Assembly (NCBI RefSeq): GCF_964204645.1
Contig: NC_134029.1
Location: 20,392,950-20,456,949, forward strand
Length of the DNA stretch: 64,000 bases
Origin: Tubulanus polymorphus
Lineage: Eukaryota; Animalia; Nemertea
Reading direction: 5' to 3'
Of the stretch, positions 32,015 through 44,366 are shown one piece after another. The notes below the pieces were generated by a model. The model was not told the origin of the DNA. It saw only the letters and a program-made list of their open reading frames with translations, and ran no database searches. The translations under genes were made by a program, and so were the position numbers. Position 1 is the stretch's first letter. Each line of letters starts with the position of its first letter.

Positions 32015-32312
32015 ACATCTTCCCCTGACATCGATTCGAACCTGATGGCATCGAGACTAGCCACAAACCCTGTCACACTAGACCATGTGTGCAGCTACAG
32101 GCGCAGCTTAGATGATTTCATTATCAGCCAATCCTGTTTGATTTTAGGCCAGGTTTTCATCTTAAAGTTTATCCATGAAATTTGCCAAAGCGATTATACA
32201 ACGGGCAAGTTTCTTGCAGCAAATCTGCAAACCCAGTCTAGTGTAGCAGGGTTTTGTGCCATGGCTGAGTGTAGCAATGCCATCAGGTTCAAATCCCTGC
32301 CAAGTGAGGATA
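32015..32312. mobile_element. Inverted-repeat element in the spacer between the two SLC6 units
   Basis: gaacctgatggcatc...acaaaccctgtcacactagac pairs with gtctagtgtagcagggtttt...atgccatcaggttc. Confidence 0.7.
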
Positions 32313-32474
32313 AACATCAATAGATAGTATGCATACTACAATATTTTTTGGTGATTCATCTAAAGACAACACAGATGCGTGACGTGTTTACATAAATTAG
32401 ACATACCGGGTACACGGACAAGAAACTAGAACATACAGGAGTCTATATCTATCGCTATAAGACAAACACTGAAA

Positions 32475-35400
32475 CTACAGGAAGGACCCAGTCACCAGGC
32501 TGAATATCATATGAACCTGGACTAGTTCTAATGCGGTTACCGTAAGAGGTGACACTTTGTTGCTCGGAGCAGCGAGGGGATTTCGTCGAGGATGCATGCA
32601 ATCGGTTTTCACATTAGTTTTACTGACCGTGCTCGATTTCAGATCGTATTCCGGATAATCGAGTCCGCCGTTCACGTATTCGGGGATCGACTGTTGCAGC
32701 AAAGCGCGGTGAATGTCCAACGCCGGACCCCAGTCCGCTGAATGTTTCAACAAAAAACTGAATCGCTGAAAATTCGATAAATGAAAGATCTTCAATAATT
32801 ACATACACCTAAAATAGACGATGAGGGCGGCCACTTGATTTGCTTTTTCCTCGACTATTTTCCTCAAGTATTTTCCCTGATATATAAGCTGTTTCTCCTG
32901 ACTTCATCTGCTAAGAATCCAATCAATTAATACAGTCAAACACATAAGACATAGACAGAAACTATTTGATTATACACACTATCTAACAATCTTAACAAAT
33001 TTCCCTGGTTTTTAGCTTTTTTACAAAATTCCCTGACTTTTTTAAAGAAAAGAAAATTCCCTTGCTTTCCGATAATTTCCTAGGTAAGTGGCTACTCTGA
33101 TACTGGGTAATAGGTTAAGGAAATGCAGTACTATCTGCAGCACTGAGATAGAATCAGAAAACAAACCTCTTTGATCGTTCCTCGAGCAGTAAAGATCATG
33201 GCGTATAAACCGTAGAGAGGAATAACGATTATAGTGGCGAACATCATAAACCAACCGATTATATTCATCCACAGAGGGAAATCGTAGTCGCCGTACGAGG
33301 CACCGATGTATTGAACCCAGTGAAATACCAGCGCACACTGAAAATCAGAAGCAATTACCCGTGCAATTATTCCGTAAACAAAATCAGAAGTAATTACCTA
33401 GACAGTATTATACAAAGTCTGAAATATCTGCTATTCAGTAAAGAGTTAAGGACAATAAGATGCAGTTTCGCGTATACGCTACAAGAGCTGGTGAAAAATG
33501 TTCAGGGGCCAGTTGCACAGTAGTGACTTAGGTCCAAAAGTGGTCTTGAATCCTTAAGACCGGTCTTAAGTTGTTAGATTGGAGAAGTAAGTCGGTCTTA
33601 GACTGGTCTTAAGTCTAAGCCATGACTATGGAACCGGCCTCAGATTATCAACATCATTATTATTATCATCCATTGTACACAGTTTAAAGATAAAGAACAG
33701 CTCTAGAACACCACATAACTAACATAAAGGTACAGGATCCAGTTCCACAGTTGTAAATTTAAGTTAACTCTGAGTTAAGATTAGTTCATTTTCAATGCTT
33801 TAACTCAAGAGTCAAATCTTAACTCACAACTGTGGAACTGGGCCCAGAGTTATGTATTGCTACGAATTACTAACCAACAGCAGAATTGGCGTCGACAGTC
33901 TCCACGTCCACTTCCAAACTTCACCGGGACGTTTCCCGGTCATGTTTTCGATATCGCTGGCGAATTTCGGGTAGCTGTATATCCAAGATATAGCCACACA
34001 TTCCATGATAGCGAGAACGATCAGCGACCAGCTCGCCGCGTACTTATCCATCAGCACGAATATATACATACCGCCCTGAAACAAACGACAAGTTACACAT
34101 CAGAACTTCATTAACCCAATAGACCGCAGAACGTCCGTCGACGTTCGACTTGTATATCTCTGCAGAACATCCGCTGAACTATAGCGCCACCTATAGTTTG
34201 AGGGGGTCAAAGGTCAAACTTTTGACCAATGATTGACCGAATCTATACAGCAATAGAAAGCCTGTATAATCATCTTCACAATAACCAATGGTTGTAATGC
34301 ATCATTTCCAGTAGTTTTCGCACTGCATCTCTACTTAATCTTTATATGCAAATTTGATTGGCTAATTAAGCATTTGTTATATGTGCGTGAAGTCGCAGCG
34401 TCTAATGGGTTAAATATTGATCATCGGGAGCAAAGTGGTAATGGAAAAATATCATATTACGACGAGAAGAGCTCGGCGCGTATAGTCTTATGTTAAAGAG
34501 GAATTCGACGGCCGTCGTTCATTGTACCTGCATCGTCAACGGAATACCGACGGCGAACATAACAACGCAATAGACGAGAATCACTAAAATACGTTTCGGC
34601 ATCAATTTCTCGGGGAATTCGTCGACGATCGACGTGACGACCGTTTCGACGAAAGTCAACTGACTGTCGATTCCCAGAGTGATCATCATGAAGAAAAACA
34701 GACACGACCAGAACGGAGCGCCGGGTATCGTCGCGAATATCTCCGGATAAACGATGAATACCAAATCAATACCTATAACGATAAAAAAACTAACAGTACG
34801 ATCATAATGAAACTACCGGGTATATACCGGATATCTATCTAAATTTTATGGCCAGATATTCGCAATAAAATTCAACAGGGTGGCCACTTTTTAATTTATT
34901 CGACTTGCTTTTTCCGCGCCTATTCCCTTACATGCACGTCGTTTCCCCTGACTTGATCTGGTAAGAATCCAAACAATCAATATGATATAAAATAGACAGA
35001 AACTGTTTGACTATATGCACAATCTAACTATCTCAACATATTTCCCCGACTTTTTCCTGATTTTCACAGTCAAATACATAGACATTGATGGAAACTGTTT
35101 GATTTTATGCTCGATATAGCAATCTCATCAAATTTTCCTGACTTTTCCCTGATTTATAGTTTTTCTTTTACGACAGCCCGACAGCCTTTGGCTATCTTTA
35201 AAGAAAAGAAAATTCCCTGACTATTCCCTGATTTCCAGATAAGAGGCCACCCTGGCTGAAGAGGAGATATATGCAAAACCTTCTAAAACCTAGTCGGGAG
35301 CTTTGTTTATATTTTTGAACCCTTCACCGATTGATGATGGTGCTGGTATACAACCTCGAACCCAAAATCATCCATTATTTGACTCTGCAGACATGAGATT

Positions 35401-38400
35401 CATGCCAAACATGAAACTCTGAGGAGGTCCTATCGGATTTCACCATACGCGGGGGACTTCGAGACATGCACCGACACCGACACCGACTACATAATTCAGC
35501 GAAAATTATTCATTGAATAATTCATTCGCATGGACTTAAAACATTTAATGATTACAAACTTACCATCCCTAGCCACCTGAGTGATGTCTACATCTAATCT
35601 TTGAGCTATATACCCGACAGCCGCAAATACTGTGAAACCGGCCAGCATACTAGTAGCAAAATTAGCGATCACAACCACGACCGTATCCCTACAAAGGCAA
35701 GTTAAAAAATGTCAGACTTACGGCAACGAATGAATACGGATTAAGAATTTGCGGAGAAGCATATTTACTTGTAGCAATTATTGTGGAATTTGTTGTAGCT
35801 GGCTAGAGTTATCACGCAACCGAACGCGGGACCGAGAGAAAAAAAGACCTGTACAGCAGCATCGATCCATATCTAAGAGAGCGGAAAATATCAATTTATT
35901 AGACGAAACTGTTCGAGTTTTTTATCAAAGAGAACATATGAATGAGGATTGTCTCGTACCTCGGCGGACCTGAGCCGATCCCAGTCAGGTGTCAGGAAAT
36001 AGACGACTCCGGCTTTCGCTCCGTCGAGCAACGAACCGCAGATTAGGAAAATAACGAGGATAAAGTACGGAAATAAAGCAGTAAAGTACACGATCTGCAA
36101 TAGAAAAAAAAAGCACAAACCAATCAAACCTAGATGAGATCGAAATATTCTATACGTCGTACTCGTACGTAGTTATGCAAATATAAGGCTCTTATTCTTC
36201 GGACCAGACACCAGTAAGAATTGTCAATACATACGCATAATCCGATTACTATTCATACCTTTCCCGAAGATTTAATTCCCCTGAGCAAACACAGAAACAG
36301 TACCAACCAGCCGGCCAAGACGCACAGAATCAACGGCCACCGTATCGTGCCGAGATTGTACACGCTGTCCGATAGTTCTAACATATAATTGCTGGAAAAA
36401 TGCATCGAATTTAGACATTAGTATCTAATCAGAAATACATTATTCATGAAGTGAAATCCCGCCGCTAGAAAGGCAGAGGCTTTTCCGAACCTGATGGGAA
36501 TCAGCTTAAGTTGGGTGGGAATCAGCTTAAGTTGGGTAGAAGATTTTCACAGTATCTGTATTCTAATTGGCAGAAAACATGAAGTATTGGGGTCAATAAG
36601 TTTAATCAGTTCTGTTCAATTAACATGGAGCCAGTAAACTTCTAAACCAAAGATGATTTAACAAATTCATTTTTAGAATTTGGGTCATTTCATAAGTGGT
36701 ATTCTACATCTCATGTTGAGCTTGATAAGCCGCTTGTCAACTTCATTTTTATCGGCTTACAGAATACGGTAGGTTCTACCCTAAAAAAAAAACTTACTGA
36801 AAATATTCTTCGCTTGAAGTAGTATATCGCGTAATATTGAGCAATGATAAATCTTGAATACCGAGAACGGTCGCGTTAGTTTCTTCCGTTGCGTCGGAAA
36901 CGTTCAGACACGTTCCATTATTGAAATGTAAAAAACCACCCGCTGAAGTGCAGTTAAATCCGTCATCCATTTTATGCGTGCGACATGCTACAAATGAAAA
37001 TTAAACATCACGATCACAAAACATTTACGCCGATAATGGATTTCTTAGAAAATTTTGTTGACAAAACATTTACTCTATGGATTTCTATAGGTCATTAATA
37101 ATAAATGAGCTCATGAGAAACTTGTTGCTTATTCATAACGTTTTATAACATCATAAACGTACATTTAATTTCATAAGACAGAGAAATTTATTAACCCATG
37201 CCAGGCGCCGGCTTACAATTCATGTACAGTACAATTCATATCAAACCAAATTTCAGCACAGGTCAAATCATTGATTTTGGAAGTGATTCATTTTACTTTG
37301 TCGCAGCAGTTTCTAGTATCAAGTGAGTGGTTTACGCATGATATACGTGTTCTCTACCAAGGCAAATTTGACTCGGGTCCGAGTCAGCCCAATTTGACTC
37401 ATGTCCGAGTCAGCTCAATTTGACCCGGGTCCATGTCAGCCCAATTTGACTCTTGTCCGAGTCAGCCCAATTTGACCCGGGTCCGAGTCAGCCCAATTTG
37501 ACCCGGGCTAAACGTTTCTATGTGATGATTGCAGCTATTAACTGAGATGACCGGTCAAATGACCACCTGTCGGTGAATTTGAAACGAAAAGATTAGACGG
37601 ACTTATAACCACGCACCTTTAGTATTCCACGCGTTACTGCACGTCTGCCAGGGTAAAGGGCTTTGCATAGACGCCGCGAAATAAAACACGGCCCAGCCGA
37701 TGATTATATTGTAATATAAGGAGATCAACGAGCTGACAATAACCATCCCAATACCAATACCTGAAATACAATTAAAGACAAATGATTTCCTCAGGTTTCA
37801 TATTTGTGTCAAGTCGAATTCTTAATAAGTATGAAAAATTTTTAAGTTCTATTTCAAATGGCTATATACATATTCATAAAGATACTCGAGCACACTCGCA
37901 TTTGTGAGTATTTTTTGGAGCATGCGCGTCTGTGTTAAAAGTGCAAGAAAAAGAATGCACAATGCACAGAAATTTGGATTGATAATTATAATAAAAGAGA
38001 ATGTACATTTTTCTACAGGATTTCGGAATTTAGGGGTGTGCCAGATATTTTGACTGGTAGCAAAAGTATTCCACCGAGCTATTATCCTTTGGAAAAATGA
38101 GTACCTAATATGCTATTAAGTACGTTGGGTTTGAAAAAAAATCAAAAACCTAAAAATCAACTCAGACATATCTGAAATGCGCATAAAAGGTCTGTGCTCG
38201 AGTATGCGAAAGCATGTATGAAGTAGACTTCTACGGAACATATACGGAATTATAATAAAAGAGAATGTACATTTTTCTACAGGATTTCGGAATTTAGGGG
38301 TGTGCCAGATATTTTGACTGGTAGCAAAAGTATTCCACCGAGCTATTATCCTTTGGAAAAATGAGTACCTAATATGCTATTAAGTACGTTGGGTTTGAAA

Positions 38401-41400
38401 AAAAATCAAAAACCTAAAAATCAACTCAGACATATCTGAAATGCGCATAAAAGGTCTGTGCTCGAGTATGCGAAAGCATGTATGAAGTAGACTTCTACGG
38501 AACATATACCAATTCAGTGAAGTATATTATTGGTTTCGTGAAACCGGCGACCACCACCGGGGCTCGGCTTACTGCTGATAATATTCAACCATCAATTCAC
38601 CAGTAACTCTCATGAATAGAGCTATATGATCATTACAGACGCACAAAGAACTCTCTCGCGATTCGAGCACTCCCGAACACGAATATAATTAATGCACAAA
38701 CGAGTACCCTCATTTGTGACATAATGTCGGTATTTTATGGTATTTTATCGGTGCGATAGCTGAAATTACCGCGCAATGTCAATCAAACATTCGCAAAGAA
38801 GCGCCATTGATTTTTTTAATTCATTCGTACTAAATTTCATATGAATCGTTATTAGGCTAAAATAAAATGATACCTTGTTTCTCATAATCGGCCGGGTCAA
38901 TTTTGTAAACTGCAATAAGATTTGTACTCAGTTCATTTCTAAAGCAGCCAGGTCTGTTATTGTTTCACCCAGTCCTGAGAGTGGCCGGTTCGCGGAGCTC
39001 CGTATACTGCGTGTACTAAGAGCTCATGTGAACCACCAGGGGTCGCGACAGCGATATATTGACACTAAGGTTCTCAGTGAAGTTATTGTAGCTTGATCAT
39101 GGTTTCTAAAAGTTATGTACAGGGTAGATAGGCTCGTGACTGGCTGCGTCAACATTTAAAGCTCATCCAAAATGAGAAAAAAGGTATCAATCTTTTCTAG
39201 CCTTACGTTCAAAATACCTTTCAGTAATGGAACGGCCTTCCATATTGTCACGGGACCGAGGCTGGCGTATTGTCCGAACGCGACCTCCAGATAGAATAGC
39301 GGAAACCCGCATAACGCCAGCATTACGATATACGGCACGAGAAACGCTCCTGAAAATAGAAATAAATTATATTCCGGGCGCTGTATCTATGATTGATTAT
39401 CATCAGAAAAAAAAAGTCATACATAAAAACGTTAACAGCGTTGTCAGAATTAAGCTGGAGAATCGTGAAAAAATATTCATCTTGAAGCCGTCAGATAGAA
39501 AGAAAATTGGATAATATCAATTATATATAACCATCGATGAAAAACTACGGTCATGTTGTGATGACATATAGAGAACCCCACACTAATATAACAAGACAGA
39601 TGAAGTCCGAAAAGTTTCCTCTAAGCAAATGATTTATTGTTTCGACGTTTCGACTATAACCTACTAGTCATCTTCAGTTATCTTCATTACTGAAGATGAC
39701 TATTAGGCTATAGTCGAAACGTCGAATCAATAAATTATCAATTTTAAGGAAACTTTTCGGACTTCATCTTTCCTGTTATACCAGTATGGGACTCTCTATA
39801 AATCGTCAAATTCAATTTAGTCGATGTATTACATGTATTACATGTAATCAATTAACATGTAAATATTACATGTTCACAGTGAACAGTTGACTTGTGCACA
39901 CATACCTCCTCCATTTTTGTAACAGATGTACGGAAATCTCCAAATATTTCCTAAACCGACCGAACAACTGATACACGACAGCAGGAACTCCAGACGACTG
40001 CTCCAGTTACCGCGGATTTTATTCTCTTCGTCGTCGCTGCTGCCTTCGGTGACGGTCAGCGAATTATCGGATACCTGAGGCTGTCGTTGACTCGGCGTTC
40101 CGCTAACGCTCCCGATCTGAAACATCATCATCCCGAAGAAAATTAGAAAAAAACATTAACAACAACCTCTAATTATTGGATCAAATATTTGAATCATTCA
40201 TGGACCCCCATACAAGGGTACCCAACTATAGGACATGTAACGATCAAGAAGTGTCGGTGAAATTACGGGCACTCAGCGGGTATCGAACCCGGGTCTTGTA
40301 TGTAGAAAGCAAATGCGCAAACCAGTATAAAACCAGGGCCCGGTTTATAGACTGGTATTACCTTTAACCCGGGGGGCTAACTGAATTCATTATCGATTGA
40401 GTTAGCCCCCGTGTTAAAGGTAATACCGGTCTATAAAACCAGCCCCAGTAGACTAGTCCACTAGTCCACTTGGTCCACTTGTCCTACATGCGTAACACTG
40501 ATACAGAATCGCTGTGAGGGCTGTGTTCACCCATCTCTTGAGGGGCATCGTTTGGAAAAAGGGCACAAAAACGAGAATCAAGGATTCAATGTCCTCATAA
40601 TGATAATTTGTAACAATTTGAGACATTTTCCGGCTTAATTAGAGATAAAAATGATATTTCAGCGAAATTCTTAAAGATGCATTTTAAATTCTTTCTTTTT
40701 TCTACATATACAAAAAAATACATGAAAATGATTATAATATATACATATATATCCAAGTTGATAAAAAACCCTGATTTCAATTAATCTTTCGTATGGAATC
40801 AAATTGTCAATTAAGATCCGAGTTTATTTTTAAAAATCGATTACCGAAATGGTTTATTTTCAGAACCAATTTGTCGATTAATCCATCATTGATGGAGCGT
40901 GATTAAATCAATGAGCTTAGAGAGAGAGAGGAGAAAGAGGGAGAGAAAGCATAGGTTTCTTGCGACACAAAATTCGACCGTCCAAATCATCTTTCGATAT
41001 CAACCTCCACACCGCGATATATCGACTATCTTATCGCGGTTTTTCATAAATTGAGTATAATCGAAATTTCAATTCCGGTCACAGCGTGGAATCGATGCGA
41101 CGATGATTATACTTCGCAGCGAAAATATCAGCTGTTATCGACGATAAAACGTCGTCGCGTGAAATACTTCATCGCCGTCACCGTTGTTTAGTCGTCTAAA
41201 AAATCGCCGAGAAACGTTTCATTCGTAGCATGAACGATTGATGTAACGGAGAAAAAATGAAATAACAAATATGCATTATCCGGATATTCCTTCGACGCGG
41301 CCGCCGCGCAATTATACCTAAGGAGGTTTCTCGGTTAGATCGACGCGCAAAACGTCTGGCAACGGGTCACGGGCAATTTCTCATAAAGCCGACCGTTAAT

Positions 41401-44331
41401 GAAAACTGCTACCGACGAGTAATGACTAAATGCAAAAACGGCTTTCTTTATCTACGAGACGTATATACATCGTCGTCGTCGCTCGCTGCGTTATTATTTC
41501 TACAGTGATTGCTTGATTTTTCGGCGATGATTTAAGCATTAGATTTTGATAGCTAGGCACTCGATAATAACGAGGCACAGCCGACAGCGGTTCTCCGGTT
41601 CAGGCTCAAACTCTGAAATGACCATACGTTGGTTCTCATTGCATTTCGGATATGTCGAATCTAAGGCCAATAGCTAAATTTTGCAGAGACAACTTTTTGA
41701 ATTTTCGAACCCTGTTCCCTCAGTTACGAGGTCATCTTCAATGTCATGTCGCTGAAAAACAGGGGTTTTTAATGTCTAGTTCTGGCACTAGGTGGCGCAC
41801 TGGACCCATAATTTGCACTGCACAACTAGACCCCTGTACTAACATTGTACCCAAGTATTGTCAAGATCGACCAACTATTAACGAAGCTAAGTAGCTGAAA
41901 GACAGACACACAGGCAGACAGTACAGGAATAAGGGTCTCACAAAAGTAGGCAAAACTATTTATGATAATTTCATGCACGATTATAACAATAATTTTGTAT
42001 TCCGTTCCCAATCATGGCTACGATAGAAATCAACTGGCTCGGCATATTCATACATTCACAGGTAATAACTATACATGGAATCCGTTTTCACAAGAAAAAA
42101 ATGAAGTTTACTGTCAAAATTCAAGGTCAAGGTCAAACTGTGCTGAAAATGCTTTGATCTTTAGGAGTGAAAAATACAATACAGGAATTTTGAATCTATC
42201 GACAACAAAGAAACTAATAATTTCAGAATTTCTCTAAAATTAAAAACTGTTTACACAGTGAAATGCCGTTCAGAGATGAAATGAATTGCCGCTAAAGAAT
42301 CGTGCCGTATTTATTTGCGATGAAAATTGAAATGTCGACTGATTCCAACGCGATCGACGTTGATTCAATATGATAAGTCGAGAGAACGATCACCGGAAAC
42401 AATCATCTTAATGCACCGCGGCGCGTTTTTAATTCATAACAATTGTTCGAATAAATAGAAAAAAATTATTAGATGATGAAATGAATAGGAGTGGGATAGG
42501 GCCTCCGAGCCTGTAAGCGGGGGGGGGGGGGCGTAGCCGGCAGAACAAACAGCCTTATTCAGCCAAGTGCCATTTTTGAAAATCTGGATTCAGTTCCACA
42601 GTCGTGAGTTGGCACTTGACTCTGAGACTGAAACTGAGTAAATAGGGTCCCTATAGAGCAGTCATTCCTGGATATAAAGGGTTTTCAATTAGTTTTAAGG
42701 GAGAAATTTTCAAATTTCAAGGAAGCATCTGCATCACTTTCATATCTCAATTACTGTAGACTCCTCATTAATCTGTACTTTTTATATCAGTAAAACCAAT
42801 AATTCAGTGGTTTTGTAAGCAAAGTTCTATCCTTTAAACTCATCAAATTTCGGTTTCTAATTTGGCAACTGCCTGATAGGGTTCAAACCAACTGCACCGA
42901 TTTATGCATAGTTTACGGTACAACTACAAACATTTCTAATTGCCTATTTCTCAAAACTGAAAAAAATTTCTAATTGCCTATTTCTCAAAACTGAAGGAAT
43001 TCTTAAATGAGTTATGGGCATTTTACTCAAATTAAAGGAGTTTTCAAGCGCCCTTAAAAGCGTTTTCCATTTAGGAATTTGTAAGGAATCAAGGAGTCGT
43101 AGGGACCTTGAAGAGACTGTCGAGGGATAGGATGAGGGCGAGGAAAAAAAACTTACCCTCGAGGTAGAAGATCCGTAAACGTTCGGATCGAACACGATCG
43201 AGATAACCGACGCCTCTCGCTGGCGCAGAAACGCCCCCTGGGCGACGTTCCCGTGGAAACTGGGACGTCTCTGGTCCAAAACGTACAGGTTAGGACGTTT
43301 CATCGGGAATAGGAAATCCTAGATAGATCGGCGATTAATTGACAGATGTTTCGATTGTCGATATACCGTCCGCTAGTTAACGGCGCGTTCAAAATTCGAA
43401 CGTCATAAAACGGTCTCGCGCATCGAGTTCAAATTACGAAGAAGCGATATTCTGTATATATCGACGCGATATATATTTCACGATATCCGATAGAATATCA
43501 CCGGGAGACCGACTGCAGATATTAAATCCTAGCAGTCATATACGTACATGAAACATGTGTCATACTCTCATTGTAGACCGTGAGGTAGAGAACACGTCGT
43601 TACAAATGACACATGTGTGCTATCATAGCGCAGAACGCGACAACAATATATGTATATATATTCCATCCATTTCTTCGACCAGAAGAAAGCTGCCACAGAC
43701 AGCAAAAAATAGACAGCTTCGAACGAATTTACAATTTCCCCGCGTCACTTTCATCCGACATTAGCGCACCGTATTACGTGTATCACGCGATCACCGCAGC
43801 AGCAGTTTAAGTCGACGATATTCTGTCGAAAATATATATCGGAATTTGCGATCGACTTTTAGCGCGTTCGCCGCCGGCCTCAAAATGACAGGATGTCCAT
43901 TAACAGTCTACAACCGCAATTACGCGCGTACATATATATGTAATTCAGCGCATGAATTGCTGCATTTTTAACGCGAGATCCGTGCGCCGAAATATGCGCT
44001 GAATTCTATTCTAGTCGTTTATACGGTTTATTTACATCGAGCCAACATCGATCGACTTACAATTCCCCCCGAAAAAAAGCCCCATTAATTAGGACGGATA
44101 CCGCCCCGCTAATCACCTATCAATACGACTTACGATTTTAATTCGGCGATTCGTTCTTAGCGAAACAAATCGACTTTAAACGGAGGATCTCACGGCTTAA
44201 AGACGTTTACAGCGCTCGTCGCATCGCGGCTAGCGATTTGTCGACGATATTTTTCGGCGCACGCTCATTACGGATTCACGGCGGCTCGAACGTCTCGACA
44301 GCTACCGGAATCAGCTACCGGAGAGTCAGCT

Positions 44332-44366
<35 letters not shown>

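Noticed and set aside
37365-37508. CRISPR-like palindromic repeats
   Set aside because: Units are contiguous without unique spacers, there are no cas genes, and the context is a eukaryotic intron.
40265-40335. tRNA-like sequence (ggttcgataccc on -)
   Set aside because: No full cloverleaf; more likely a SINE fragment interrupted by a MITE.
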